Source of the DNA: Treponemataceae bacterium
Lineage (GTDB): Bacteria; Spirochaetota; Spirochaetia; Treponematales; Rectinemataceae
NCBI GenBank assembly: GCA_963667725.2
Contig: CAXXHO010000004.1
Coordinates: 64,001-128,000, forward strand
Direction: 5' to 3'
Length of the DNA: 64,000 nucleotides
Shown here: one piece after another, positions 36,983-48,563 of the stretch
How the letters are laid out: each line of letters begins with the position of its first letter
How positions within the stretch are numbered: position 1 is the first letter of the stretch
The notes under the pieces: generated by a model
The model's input: only the letters and a program-made list of their open reading frames with translations
Told to the model about the DNA's origin: nothing
Database searches by the model: none
Made by a program: the position numbers and the translations under genes

Positions 36983-38077
36983 TCAGCGGCTGTAGCTCAG
37001 GATATCGCGCTCGTACGCCGCGCGGTCCATCGAGCGCAGGAAGGCCAGGGCGAAAGCCTTGGCGGCGGCGTAGTCGTCGTAGGTCATCATGCTGGAATTG
37101 GTGTGGATGTAGCGCGACGGCACGCCCACCGTGATCGAGGGGCAGCCCGAGCGCGTCGTGTGGATCTCGCCCGAATCGGTGCCGCCCAACGCCATGAAAT
37201 GCTGGAAGGGGATGCCCTTGTCCTCGGCCAGTCTGGTCGAGTACATGAAAATGCCGCGATGCGTGATCGAGGTGCGGTCGATGTAGCGCAAAAGGACGCC
37301 CTTGCCCTGCTGGCCCAGCTCCTCGGGATCGCCCATGTTGTCGTTGGCGGCCGAGGACTCGAACACGATCGAGAGGTCGGGATCGATGGTGAAGGCGGCG
37401 GTCCTGGCGCCGCGCAGGCCCGACTCTTCCTGCACGGTGGCGCCGATGTAGAGGTCGACGCCCAGGTCCTCGTTCGCCACTTCCTCGAGCACGTCCAGGG
37501 CGAGGCAGCAGCCGAAGCGGTTGTCCCAGGCCTTGGCGAGGAGCTTGGCGCCGCCGAAAAGCGGCACGAAGGGTCCGTCGATGACGATCATGTCGCCCGG
37601 CCTGATGCCCGCGGCGAGCACGTCCTCGCGCGAGGCGGCGCCGATGTCCACCAGCATCTGGTCGATGGAGAGGAGCTTTTTGGCCGAATCCTCGGGCAGA
37701 AGGTGGGGCGGGATCGAGGCCACGCAGCCGGGATAGCCCTGGCCGGTGATGCTGGAATAGACGGTGACGCGCTGGGCCATGATCACATGCTCCCAGGTCC
37801 TGCCGATGGGGAAGAACTTGATGAGGCCCTTGGGCGTGATCTGCTTGACGATGAAGCCGACTTCGTCCATGTGGCCACCCATCATCAATTTCGGGGCGTT
37901 GGGGCGCCTGGATTTCTTGACGCCGAACACCGAGCCCAGGTTGTCGTAGACGAGTTCGGGGCAGAAGCGCGAAAGCTCCCGCTTCATGTAGTCGCGCACG
38001 CGCATTTCATGGGCCGAGATGCCGGGGATTTGCGTAAGCGTCCGGAAACGCTCCATCTGTTTCTCGTTGGGTACCAT
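36983..38077 (-). CDS. M42 family aminopeptidase
   Basis: 'GHMDEVG', 'KAWDNRFG', 'VQEESGLRGA', 'GGTD', 'RYIH'. Confidence 0.92.
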   Translation of the reverse strand: MVPNEKQMERFRTLTQIPGISAHEMRVRDYMKRELSRFCPELVYDNLGSVFGVKKSRRPNAPKLMMGGHMDEVGFIVKQITPKGLIKFFPIGRTWEHVIMAQRVTVYSSITGQGYPGCVASIPPHLLPEDSAKKLLSIDQMLVDIGAASREDVLAAGIRPGDMIVIDGPFVPLFGGAKLLAKAWDNRFGCCLALDVLEEVANEDLGVDLYIGATVQEESGLRGARTAAFTIDPDLSIVFESSAANDNMGDPEELGQQGKGVLLRYIDRTSITHRGIFMYSTRLAEDKGIPFQHFMALGGTDSGEIHTTRSGCPSITVGVPSRYIHTNSSMMTYDDYAAAKAFALAFLRSMDRAAYERDILSYSR

Positions 38078-38095
38078 ATCGTTTCCTCCTGGGTA

Positions 38096-39096
38096 TCAGG
38101 CGAATTGTTCGGCCAGGCGGCACGCGACAAAACGGCCGGGTCTGACTTCGCGCAGGGCCGGGTCGGCGGCCGAGCATTCGGGCGAGGCGTAGGCGCATCG
38201 CGGGGCGAAGCGGCAGCCGGGCTTGGGGTCGATGGGCGAGCTGACCTCGCTCTTCAGGATGATGCGTTCCTTGCGCGCGTTCAGCTTGGGCACGGGTATG
38301 GCCGACAGGAGGGCCTGCCCGTAGGGGTGGATGGGCCGCGCGAAGAGTTCCTCGGTGGGTCCGCGCTCGACGATCTGCCCCATGTACATGATGACGATAT
38401 CGTCGGAGATGTGCTTGACCACCGAGAGGTCGTGGGTGATGAAGAGGTAGGTCAGGCCCAGCTTGTCCTGGAGGTCCATCAGGAGGTTGAGGATCTGGGC
38501 CTGGATCGACACGTCGAGCGCGGAGACGGGCTCGTCGCAGACGATGAACTCGGGATCGAGGGCCAAGGCGCGCGCGATGCCGATCCGCTGGCGGCGGCCG
38601 CCGTCCAGCTCGTGGGGATAGGCGTCGTAGAGGCGGTCGGCCAGGCCGACGGTGGCCATGAGGCTCCGCACCCTGTCCTCGTACTCGGCCACGCCCCTCA
38701 CCTTTTTGTGGATCTTGAGGGGCTCGCCGATGATGGTAGCCACGGTGTGGCGCGGGTTGATGGAGGAGTAGGGATCCTGGAAGATCATCTGCATACGGGT
38801 GCGGAGCTTCTGGAGCTCGCGGTCCGAGGCGGCGGTGACTTCCTGGCCGTCGTAGAGGATGGAGCCCGCGGTCGACTCGTGCAGGCGCACGAGGAGGCGG
38901 CCGGTGGTGGACTTGCCGCAGCCGGACTCGCCGACCATGCCGAGGGTTCTGCCCTTGGCGATGTCGAAGCTGACGTCGTCCACCGCGTGGAGCTTGCCGT
39001 GGGCGGACTGGAAATATTTCTTGAGGCCGTTCACGCGCAGGATGGGCGCGCGGCGCCGGAGGCCGGGGCGGAAGCTGGTGTTTTGGCGCTGCTCAT
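38096..39096 (-). CDS. Peptide ABC ATP-binding protein (OppF-like), frameshift near the 5' end
   Basis: [25 protein letters not shown]; the ATG at 39096 is out of frame with the main ORF. Confidence 0.85.
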
Positions 39097-39542
39097 TTGG
39101 CCCTCCCTTCGGTGGCGACAGCCGCGGAGCCGGTTTTCGCCGCGCCCTTCGCCGCGCCGGCGGCCGCGTAGAGGTGGCACTTTACGCGGTGGCCGCCAAG
39201 GTCCACGTCCGCGGGGTGCTCGGCCGCGCAGATGTCCATGGCGTGGGGGCAGCGCGGGCAGAAGAAGCAGCCCTCGGGCAGGGCGGTCGGGTCGGGCATC
39301 AGGCCGGGGATGGGCTTGAGCCGGTCCGTGGCCGTCGAGAGGTCGGGCAGGGAGCCGAAGAGGCCCTGGGTGTAGGGGTGGAGGGCTTTTCCGAAGACCT
39401 GCTCCACGGTGCCGTACTCGACGATCTCGCCCGAGTACATGGTGGCCACCTCGTCGCAGTTTTCGGCCACCAGGCCCAGGGAGTGGGTGATGAAGAGCAC
39501 CGAGGTGCCGTTCTCCCTGATGAGCGTGCGCATGAGGTCGAT
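39093..39542 (-). CDS. 3' half of an OppD-like ABC ATPase, cut at the junction
   Basis: 'DLMRTL...LFITHSLG...HPYTQGL...GCFFCPRC'; Walker A half missing. Confidence 0.85.
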   Translation of the reverse strand: MDLMRTLIRENGTSVLFITHSLGLVAENCDEVATMYSGEIVEYGTVEQVFGKALHPYTQGLFGSLPDLSTATDRLKPIPGLMPDPTALPEGCFFCPRCPHAMDICAAEHPADVDLGGHRVKCHLYAAAGAAKGAAKTGSAAVATEGRAK

Positions 39543-39543
39543 C
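39539..39543. other. Probable chimeric junction between two unrelated sequences
   Basis: ABC ATPase coding switches mid-ORF to BACON coding; repeat families and frameshift density change here. Confidence 0.8.
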
Positions 39544-40630
39544 GTCCCACTCCCTCCTGCCGCCGACACCGTCGGTCTCGATGGCGTGATGCCGAACGCA
39601 CAGCCCGTCAATTGGTTGACCAGAAATGACTGGCCCGCGATGGACAGCGTTGTGCTGCGCGGCGGGCCGTCGTTGGCTTCCACGCTGAAGCCCACCGTGC
39701 CGCTGCCGGTCCCGGTCATGCCGCTCGTAATCGTCACCCAACTCGCCGGACTCGAAGCCTGCCACTGCGGGCATCCCTGCGGCGAACCGACCACCACGAA
39801 GCCGTTCGACGCCGTCGGCCCCACTGCCACTGCTCCCGCCGACAGCGTGTTTATAACAGGTTGCTCCCAACGGGCTCGTCGTGTCCGTGAACGACTGCGA
39901 CGCCGTTTGCGGGCTTGGCGTGGAGTTGTCTTTCACTTTGCACGGAGAAGCTATAGGACCCCAGTGTCGCCGGCAAACTCCCCGACAGTCACCACGCTTC
40001 CGCTCGTCGCACTCAACGACAATCCCGGCGGCATGTTGCCCGCCAGCGTCCACTGTACGACCCCGTGCCGCCGCTCGCGATGCACGTCGCGGAGAAGAGC
40101 ACCGGCCCCGCATTGGGAGTGCATACCATGCTCAGCGGACTGCTCGACGCGCTCACAATCCCGGCCACCGCGAAATACGCGTGACCGCCCGGGGGAATTG
40201 GCGGGTTGAACACCACCGTTCCGGACGCCCGGTCCGGGCTGATATCGATGAACGATGTCCCCGGGCCCTCGAATCCGGTCGGACCGAACGGACAACCCGG
40301 CGGTGCGGGAACGATGGGGCACAGACCGTTCCCGCTGAAGGCCAGGATGGGCGCTCCATTGCCGCGGATGGGTAGCGAGGTAAGCGGACGCGAGGAGGAG
40401 TTCTGCGCCCCCACCAGCGTGGCGCTCCCCATGCCGTCCACCGGCAGTTGGGTCGAATCTCGAAGCAGGGTTGTGGCGCCGTCCATGACGGTTACCAGGT
40501 AGGCACAACCGGTGCTGAAACCGATCGGCGGGGCATTGACTGAACAGCGGGTTCTGCGCCTCGGCGGGCGCGCCTGCCAATACCAGGACCAGTAAGAGCA
40601 GAAAGGTTCCTCTGAGGAGAATCCGAGCAT
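39543..40630 (-). CDS. 5' part of a secreted Ig-like/BACON-domain protein (frameshifted, truncated)
   Basis: '[10 protein letters not shown]' and '[31 protein letters not shown]...[16 protein letters not shown]'. Confidence 0.7.
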
Positions 40631-40689
40631 CGGATTAGTGTAACCCGACCGGCGAGTACTGACCAGGGGCCTCATCCGGAGCGTCGCTC

Positions 40690-41042
40690 CCCAACGCCCC
40701 CGAGGGACTGACACCTCCGTCCCCACGCACCCCGCACGAAGCCCGCAGCGCTCCGAGGCGCGGACGGAGCGTGTCTGTCCCAAACGGAACCCCAACGCCC
40801 CCCAACGCCCCCGCGGGACTGACACCTCCGTCCCCACGTACCCCGCCCAGACCCCGCCCGCTCGCGGAGGCGCGGACGGAGCGTGTCTGTCCCAAACGGA
40901 ACCCCAACGCCCCCGCGGGACTGACACCGTCCGTCCCCACGCACCCCGCCCGGCCCCCGCCGCTCGCGGAGGCGTGGACGGAGTGTGTCTGTCCCAAACG
41001 GAACCCCAACGCTCCCCAACGCGCCCCGCGGGGACTGACACC
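40690..41042 (+). repeat. Tandem ~100-115 bp REP-like hairpin units (left part of array)
   Basis: GGGACTGACACCTCCGTCC...GGACGGAGYGTGTCTGTCCC-AAACGGAACC, three units plus the start of a fourth. Confidence 0.92.
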
Positions 41043-42676
41043 GAGCCTGTCGAAATGAAAATGGGTACCCATAAGGATACCCAATGGCAGGATCAGAAGA
41101 ATCAATTGGCCTGCGAGGAATGGTGTTGCTTACTCTGGTAAGTGAAGCGTTTTCGCGACTGTAGCCTCGACCAGCCGTACCTGCTGCCGCCCTCTGTGTC
41201 CGACTGGCTGCCCGAGCAGCATGTGGCTCGATTCATCGGCGAAGTGGTCGACACTCTCGACCTGAGCAGCATCCTCAGCCAGTACCGACGCAACGACGCC
41301 CGCGGCGCCCCTGGCCTACCATCCGGTGATGCTCGTCCGCCTGTTGCTGTATGCCTACTGCATCGGTCAACCCAGCTCCCGCCGCATCGAGCGCGCCACC
41401 TACGAAGACATCGCCTTCCGCTACCTGAGCGCCGATCAGCACCCCCGATCACGCCACCATCGCGCACTTCCGCCAGCAACACCTCGAGCAACTGGCCGCG
41501 CTGTTCACCGACGGTCTGGCGATGTGCCGTGAGGCGGGACTGGGTAAGCTCGGCAAGGTGCTGCTGGACGGCACCAAGATGGGCGCCAACGCCGCCCGGC
41601 AGCAATCGCGCAGCATGGAGAAGCTGACGCGCGAAGAAGAGCGCCTTCGCCAGCAGGTCGAACAACTGCTGGCCGAAGCCCAGACCACCGATCAGAACGA
41701 GGATCAACTCTACGGCGCGGATCGGAGCGGCGACGAGTTGCCGGAAGGCTTGTCGGACGTCCACCAACGGCTGCAGCGCATTCAGGAAGCCAAACAGGCA
41801 CTCCAGGAGCGCAACAAAGAGCGGCTCAAGGAGGCCGAAGAGGAACGCAAGGACGCAAAAGGCCAGCGGCAAGCCGCCGACAGCAGCGCAGAAGAAGCGC
41901 TACACGCGGGCGCGAGAAGCGGTCGCAAAGAATCTGGGCGCCATCAACCTGACCGATCCCGACTCGCGCATCATGAAAGCCGGCAATCGCGGCGGATACT
42001 TGCAGGGTTACAACGCTCAGGCAGCGGTCACCGAAGACCAGATCATCATCGCGGCCGACGTTACCGAACAGGAATGCGACAAGCAACAGCTGGTGCCGAT
42101 GATGGTGTGCATTCGCGAAGGGTTGAAGGGTGAGCCGACGGCGGTGGTGGCCGACACGGGATACTACAGCGACGAAGCGGTGACGGACGCATCGCTGGCG
42201 GAAGTAGACCTGTATGTGCCGCCGGACCGGGCCAAGCGGGGCGAGCCGTTGAAGGCGAACGCGCCGACGAGTGCGACGGCAGCGTCGATGCGAGAGAAGC
42301 TGTGGAGCGAAGCGGGCATCGAGTGCTATCAGCTGCGTGCTCAGACGATTGAGCCGGTGTTTGGGCAGATCAAGGAAGGTCGGGGGCTGCGTCGGTTCTT
42401 ATTGCGGGGCACCAAGAAAGTGCGTTGTGAGTGGAAGCTGATTGCGCTGACGCACAATCTGCTGAAGCTCTACCGGCACAAGAATCCGGGTCGGAACGGC
42501 AGCCCATGGCGGCGCAAGGAGCGGAGAAGGGTGGTCGCGGTGCCGGCACCGTTCGGGTTGGGTTGCCGTTGCCGCCAGTCGCGACCGTGTCGCACACTGG
42601 CGGCTTGAGTCGGCACTTTTTGACGCGCGATACCCCTGCGCGCACTCTTCTGCCGGAAGTTTCATTTCGACAGCTC
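41043..42676 (+). mobile_element. IS1182-family insertion sequence
   Basis: Ends GAGCCTGTCGAAATGAAA / TTTCATTTCGACAGCTC; CACC duplicated on both sides. Confidence 0.88.
41142..42608 (+). CDS. IS1182-family DDE transposase (several frameshifts)
   Basis: 'LLPPSVSDWLPEQH', 'LLLYAY...SSRRIE', 'LDGTK', 'GYNAQ', 'ADTGY', 'IEPVFGQIK', 'HNL'. Confidence 0.88.
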
Positions 42677-43140
42677 CACCTCCGTCCCGACGCGCCACGC
42701 CCGGCCCCCGTCACTCGCGGAGGCGCGGACGGAGTGTGTCTGTCCCAAACGGAACCTCAACGCTTCCCCAACGCCCCCGCGGGACTGACACCTCCGTCCC
42801 CACGTGCCACGCCCAGACCCCGCCGCTCGCGGAGGCGCGGACGGAGTGTGTCTGTCCCAAACGGAACCCCAACGCCCCCCAACGCGCCCGCGGGACTGAC
42901 ACCTCCGTCCCCACGCGCCACGCCCAGACCCCGCCGCTCGCGGAGGCGCGGACGGAGTGTGTCTGTCCCAAACGGAACCTCAACGCCCCCCAACGCCCCC
43001 GCGGGACTGACACCTCCGTCCCTACGCGCCACGCCCAGACCCCCGCCGCTCGCGGAGGCGCGACGGAGCGTGTCTGTCCCAAACGGAACCTCAACGCCCC
43101 CCTCAACGCCCCCCCAACGCCCCCGTCTGTCCCGAACGGA
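42677..43140 (+). repeat. Tandem REP-like hairpin units (right part of array)
   Basis: Rest of the interrupted unit, three full units and a partial one. Confidence 0.92.
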
Positions 43141-43192
43141 GGCCCATCACCCCTGGCCTCACCAGCCACCCAAGTCCCGACAATCACGCCGA

Positions 43193-44251
43193 CTACGGCG
43201 GCAGCAACCGCCGTAGCCCGTGTGCGATCATCACCGCCGCAAAGACACCATTCCGCACCAGCAGCGCCAGGAACGGAAGCCTCATCCTTCCGCGTCTCGC
43301 CCCGGACGCCACCACCTCGCCCAGTCTCGACCCCTGTGCCTCGATCCATCGAGGACTTCTCGGCCAATCGAGGATTCCATCGCGCCACTCCTGCGGTATG
43401 CCTCCAGGCCCGACTCGGGCGCCAACAATCGCCCCTGCAATCGCCGCCATGGTGTCCGTGTCTCCGCCGCACTGGGACCACCTCACTTACAGCCGCCCGG
43501 TAATCCAAAGGATGCCGCAGCCACGCGTGCAGAGCCACAGGGGACACTCTGAAGGCAGTATCCTGACGGACCTCGACCGGGGCTAACCTGCTCGGCATAG
43601 GCAGCGGTGCTGGTGCCGGCCGTAACACTCGTCACCACCTCTTCGACTCGTTTCCAGTACTCGCCGACACCATCCATGTGCTCGCGGAGGGCCTTGTGGA
43701 AAGCCCCGGCGTCGGCGATCCCGCGCCTCGATAAGTGCGCGGCAATCGCCACCGACAACGCCGCGTGCTCAGCCTTCGGGTCAGTATGCGTAATCCGTGT
43801 AGAGAGGCTCACAAGTTTTCCGCATCCGCACCGGGTCCTGCCCATAACAAACGCCGATCAGCGCCGACCGCATTGCCGGGCCGTTTCCTGCCGAGAACAC
43901 GCCGGAGTGCCGCGGACCGAAGCCCAGCCAGAGCTTGGTAGTCGCTCTCAATGTTGCCAGGCCGGTGCCGGCTGGCAAAGTCGCAAGCCATGCGCGTAGG
44001 CCGCGGGCGAGTTCGCGCTGAAAGATAGCTTCGTCGCCGCCGGATTCAATCAGGGCATTCGCCAACAGGCATGTGTGTTCCGTGTCATCGGAAGTCATGC
44101 CGCGCCCGAACAACAGGCAATGCGAGTCGACCTTCGCGCACATCCGTCGTAACCGCCGAGGCGGCAGTCCCTCGAAAGGCAACCCGATCGCGTCGCCGAC
44201 GGCCGTTCCGAGCATGCAGCCGACGATCGCATCCGTCGTTCGCGTCTCCAT
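43193..44251 (-). CDS. ADP-ribosylglycohydrolase family protein (frameshifted)
   Basis: 'GTAVGDAIG', 'TSDDTE', 'GNGPAMR', 'ITH', 'GGDTDTMAAIAGA'. Confidence 0.85.
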
Positions 44252-44339
44252 CCTGTATCGTAGACGCGTGAAAGAGCCATTTGGACGACTCGTGCAGACG
44301 CCAGCATGGCTCGCAGACCTCGCTTGCTACCATCAGCAA

Positions 44340-44928
44340 ATGGACCGGTCCAATGGCTACGAAGCCCGTCCTCGAGGGAGTTTCTCGCGCGTCGCGGCCA
44401 TGCTCCCTCCGTCGGCATCGGAGCGAAGGAAGTGCGGAAATGGGCGAGATCACTGGCACGCGGCAGTAGCGTCATTGACTTGGGTTGCGGACCGGGCTTT
44501 CCCATCACGGCCGTGCTGGTCGACGAAGGGCTGGATGTCTTCGCCGTCGATGCAGCCCCGTCGTTTGTCGCGGCATTCCAACGCAAACTGCCGGGAACGC
44601 CCATCATCTGCGACGCGGTCCCAGGAGTCGGAGTTATTTGGTCGGACTTTCGATGCTGTCTTGGCATGGGGGCTGATCTTCCTTCTCGACGCCGCCGATC
44701 AACATCGCCTGATCCGGAGATTCGCCGACGTCCTCGTGCCGGGTGGCCGTCTGCTATTCACCTCGCCGGCCCAGCCCGTCGTTTGGAACGACGCCATGAC
44801 CGGCCTGGAATCGCGCTCCTCTCGGTTCCGGGCAATACCGTAAACTGCTCAAAGCCGTCGGCATATCGGTAGCCAACGAGTACGAAGACGAAGGCGAGAA
44901 TCACTACTTCGACGCCTTCAAGGAGTAA
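44340..44928 (+). CDS. Class I SAM-dependent methyltransferase (frameshifted)
   Basis: 'VIDLGCGPG', 'FDAVLAWG', 'LVPGGRLLFT'. Confidence 0.8.
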
Positions 44929-44988
44929 GTCGTGTAAGTGCGCCGGCTGGACCAATCATGTCCCAGGCGACATCGTTCGGCCTCGGAC

Positions 44989-45364
44989 TTACGAGGCCGA
45001 CGGCTCCCTCGTCGACGGCGCGAACGTGACGATTTGCCCCAACTTACCTTCAGGTGTAACACGGATGGCATCGTGTCCCAGCACGCCCGGCGTCCCATCG
45101 GGAAGGATCAGTTGCCACTCCATCAGTGCCACGTCGTGATGCTCCGAGACGCTGTGGAGCGCGAACTGCCCTCCTGGAAACTTCGCCTGAAACTCGTTCA
45201 TGTCGTCGATGACGACTTGATGGCCTGTCCCCTCCAACCTCGGAATGCGGTAGACCACCTCTGTCTCCCAGCACCGCGTCCACGATCCTGCGGCGCTCTT
45301 GGTCTGAGATAGCGGACCAGCCTTTGGCGTAACGCTTGTAAAGTTCGATTGCTTTCGATGGCAT
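44989..45364 (-). CDS. SnoaL/NTF2-like protein (frameshifted)
   Basis: 'FQAKFPGGQF...HHDVALMEW...GKLGQIVTF'; divergent from the AraC gene. Confidence 0.6.
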
Positions 45365-45460
45365 ATCCTTGCACCGGCTCCTCGGATCCAGAATATTCAG
45401 TCCTGCTCACACCGTCGATAATCCCTGCACCGAATTCGTTTATCCGGAGTCCAATACTGG

Positions 45461-46386
45461 ATGGACCCTTTCGCCGATCTGATCGGTTTGCTCAAACCGC
45501 GGGCCACGCTGTGGGGGCCGCATCCAGGGCACCGGCAGGTGGGCCGTCTCCTTTCGCAAGCGCGATGACCTCCTCTTCTGCTGGGTCGAAGCTGGCGAGT
45601 GCCTTCTGACACGCCCCCATGCCGACTCGGGCGCGGCTGAGAACCGGAGACTTCGCCTTCATCCGGACCTCGTCGCCGTTTGCTCTGACATCCGATCCGA
45701 AGCTGGAACCGGCAGACAGCGAGGCCATCGTCGCCGCGACAGGGGAGTACCGAGCTTGTGCTGGGAGACGCGACGGGGACCTGCACCATGCTCCGATGTG
45801 GTCGTTTCGTCTTCGACACGAACAACGAAGCGTTGCTGTGGAGCCTTCTTCCCTCTCTCATTCACATCCCGGCTGACCAGCAGATCTCCTGGCGCCTGCG
45901 CTCGTTACTCAACATGAACGACGCCGAAGGTCAACATCCGGGACCCGGCAGCGATCTCGTCGTCAGCCGTCTGATGGAGTTGACCCTCCTGGAACTGCTG
46001 CGTAGCGAAGTAGTGCGGCTGAAACCGGGAACAAAAGGTCTGCTCTCCGGTCTCGCCGATCCGGTCATCGCGAAATCGCTCTCAGCGATGCATCGCGACG
46101 TCGCCGGCGTATGGACGGTGGCCCGCCTTGCACGCATCTCCGGCCGTCTCGCGGTCAACGCTCGCGGCCCGGTTTTCGGGCCGTGATGGGGATCGGCCCC
46201 ATCGAGTACCTGGCAAACTGGCGGATCGCCTTGGCGAAAGACGAGCTCTCCTGCGGAACAAAGACCATCGGAGAGATTGCTCTGTCCGTAGGTTTTCACT
46301 CTTCGAGCGCCTTCAGCACCGCATTCACCCGCGCGGCAGGTTGCTCGCCAAAACGATTCGCGACCCGGAGAGTGCCCGGCAAATAG
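45461..46386 (+). CDS. AraC family regulator with cupin domain (frameshifted)
   Basis: 'WTVARLA', 'PIEYLANWR', 'IGEIALSVGFHSSSAFSTAF'. Confidence 0.8.
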
Positions 46387-46490
46387 CCGATCAGAAGCGC
46401 CGCCGGGGGGCGGACACGCACCGGCAACTCGCGCTGTCGCACGGCGAATGCGACAAGCCGAATCCGGGCCAGCCCCTGTGACGCTCGCGA

Positions 46491-46934
46491 TCACTCCCCA
46501 AGCAGCAGGACATGCTTGCTGTCGGTCGCCAGGCTCACCAGTCGACGGTCGAACGTGACCAGCACGGCGTTGTGAGTCACCGCGAGGCGCAGCAGGTACG
46601 CGTCAGTCACCTGTTTGTGTCCCAGGAGGTCGTTGAAGATCGGCTGACAGACGCTCGATACCGGCGCGGGTAGAGTGTCGAGGTAGGTGTGTAGCGGGTC
46701 GGCGACCATCCTCGCAAGCACTCCGGCGACCTCGCGAGGACTTCGCGCGGTGGCGACGATCAATGGATTGGACGACAACCGAATAAACCCCAGTTGGGTG
46801 AGTGCACACGTCGCCCACCGCTTACGCGAGGAGAGCGCGGCCAGGGCCTCTCGGTGAAACTGGTGGTTGGGCCAGGCGATCGCCAGTAGGACGTTCACGT
46901 CCAATAGCAGCGGGCTAGAAGATGCCTTCTTCAT
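46491..46934 (-). CDS. vapC: VapC/PIN toxin
   Basis: 'LLDVNVLLA', 'GHKQVTDAYL', 'TFDR'. Confidence 0.88.
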   Translation of the reverse strand: MKKASSSPLLLDVNVLLAIAWPNHQFHREALAALSSRKRWATCALTQLGFIRLSSNPLIVATARSPREVAGVLARMVADPLHTYLDTLPAPVSSVCQPIFNDLLGHKQVTDAYLLRLAVTHNAVLVTFDRRLVSLATDSKHVLLLGE

Positions 46935-47157
46935 CGATTGCGCGCTGGATCCGGGAGGCCGCGATCACGGGTGCATCTGCTGAAACGTCGAATGTCGGGA
47001 ATCGGCGTGTGGAACGGCGCGCGCCCTCGCCCGATGCCGGCTTCAATCCGCGCCGGGCGAGTGTCGAGAGCACCTTCCCGAGCCGTTCACCCGAGGTGCG
47101 CGACAGATGCATAGCGGCATCGTAGACGTCGTCGTCCAGCGTAACAGTGGTCCTCAC
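46915..47157 (-). CDS. vapB: VapB-type antitoxin
   Basis: 'MRTTVTLDDDV' RHH-like start; overlaps the PIN gene. Confidence 0.85.
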   Translation of the reverse strand: MRTTVTLDDDVYDAAMHLSRTSGERLGKVLSTLARRGLKPASGEGARRSTRRFPTFDVSADAPVIAASRIQRAIDEEGIF

Positions 47158-47285
47158 AGTCTCAGAATGATGTGGTGATACGCTGATGTCAAGCTGCCGA
47201 AGCCGCGAAGATCAAGGCGGCGCCAGTCGCCCAATCGGTCGCATCCAACCGGACGGATACCGCAATCTGCGCGGCAGTGCGCGAT

Positions 47286-47666
47286 CTAGATTCGCTCCAC
47301 CGCCACGTCGGCAGCGTGGGCCGCCAGCGCCTTCAGGTCGTCCGGATCCGACGTCAGCACGGTCCCCCCGGGTTCTGCGAATGCAACGACCAGTGCATCG
47401 ACGGCTGACCCGCGACGCGCCAGTCGACGCAGGGTCGCAGCTCGCCGCGCCAGAGACTCCGGGACCGCATCGGCGATCTCACAGGTCTTGAGGAAACGAT
47501 TCTCGTTTGCGTCGCGTCCTGCGTGCCCCTGCAGGCACTCCACGAGAACCACCGCCGGAACCGTTGGTGGCCACAGGCCCTCCTCGCGAAGGGCGACGAT
47601 CAGCGCCAGAGCGTGGCGCGATCGCTCCGCCAGTTGACTGACGGCGCCCGAGTCGAGAATCAACAC
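47286..47666 (-). CDS. vapC: PIN-domain toxin
   Basis: 'LILDSGA', 'VLVE', 'SAVDALV', 'LTSDPDDL'. Confidence 0.8.
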   Translation of the reverse strand: MLILDSGAVSQLAERSRHALALIVALREEGLWPPTVPAVVLVECLQGHAGRDANENRFLKTCEIADAVPESLARRAATLRRLARRGSAVDALVVAFAEPGGTVLTSDPDDLKALAAHAADVAVERI

Positions 47667-47672
47667 AAAAGC

Positions 47673-47922
47673 CTAGCCTGCCTTCCGACCCGTGCGACCG
47701 GCGATTCGTTGTGCCAGGGGCGGCGGCGCGGGTGCGTTCTCGGGGAGTGGGTTCGCCGACCTGCGACTCCAGTTCGTCCGTGTACCGCCGGCTGGCGGTC
47801 TGCAGTTCCCGACGACGCACTTCGGCGCGCACGGCCTCCTGCAGCAGTTCGGACGCGGAGAGCCGGCGCTCCTTGACGATTTCGTAGAGATCCGTCGGCA
47901 GGTAGACCTGCATGCGCGGCAT
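47673..47922 (-). CDS. RHH-type antitoxin (frameshifted)
   Basis: 'MPRMQVYLPTDL...SELLQEAV'; directly upstream of the PIN gene. Confidence 0.7.
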
Positions 47923-48275
47923 ACGCCTAGTATACACACATGCATTCACGAGGTCGCGGACATCCACTCAGGACACAGCCTATCCGCAACCCAGGCGACG
48001 TTCACCTCGGCCGATTCGTGAGCCCGTTGAACGCTGGAGAAGACCCGGGGTTTCACGATCGCTCCATTTCAACACACGCGCCAGACGCGTGTTCAGCCGA
48101 CGGGCGATCTCCCGCGCCGACAGGCCTTCAAGTGTGTATCACAACGGCCTTCGCGCGTCTCGCCTGTTCGGGCCGCGAAAGCTGCGAGATTGGAGGGACA
48201 TTATGCCGGGAATCGGTCCGGCCTGACAGCATTGGCAATGTTTGCCAAGTCCGCTACGATGAATGGGGAGGGGCT

Positions 48276-48563
48276 ATGCCGACGCGGAATATCAATCTCA
48301 CCGAGCATCTCGACCGTTTTGTGGCGGGCGAAGTGAATGCCGGGCGGTATGGCAACGCGAGCGAGGTGGTGCGCGAAGGGCTCCGGCTGATGGAGCGCCG
48401 ACACCAGGAGGAGCGCGCCAAGCTGAAATGGCTGCGAGGCGCGGTGCGGGCCGGGGTGAACGAACTCGACCGCGGCGAAGGTATCGAGTTCGAATCGGCG
48501 GAAGATCTGAGTCGGGCGATCTCCCGGCTCACGGCGGCTCCGGCAAGAAAGCGACGTGGCTAA
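48276..48563 (+). CDS. parD: ParD-family antitoxin
   Basis: 'GRYGNASEVVREGLRL'. Confidence 0.88.
   Translation: MPTRNINLTEHLDRFVAGEVNAGRYGNASEVVREGLRLMERRHQEERAKLKWLRGAVRAGVNELDRGEGIEFESAEDLSRAISRLTAAPARKRRG

Noticed and set aside
39093..39830. Novel BACON-ABC ATPase fusion protein
   Set aside because: It joins an extracellular domain to half a cytoplasmic ATPase exactly where sequence character changes; best explained as an artefact.
40635..43628. Repeat-containing proteins or a CRISPR array from the tandem hairpin units
   Set aside because: ORFs open in several frames on both strands, unit lengths vary without keeping frame, and there are no unique spacers.
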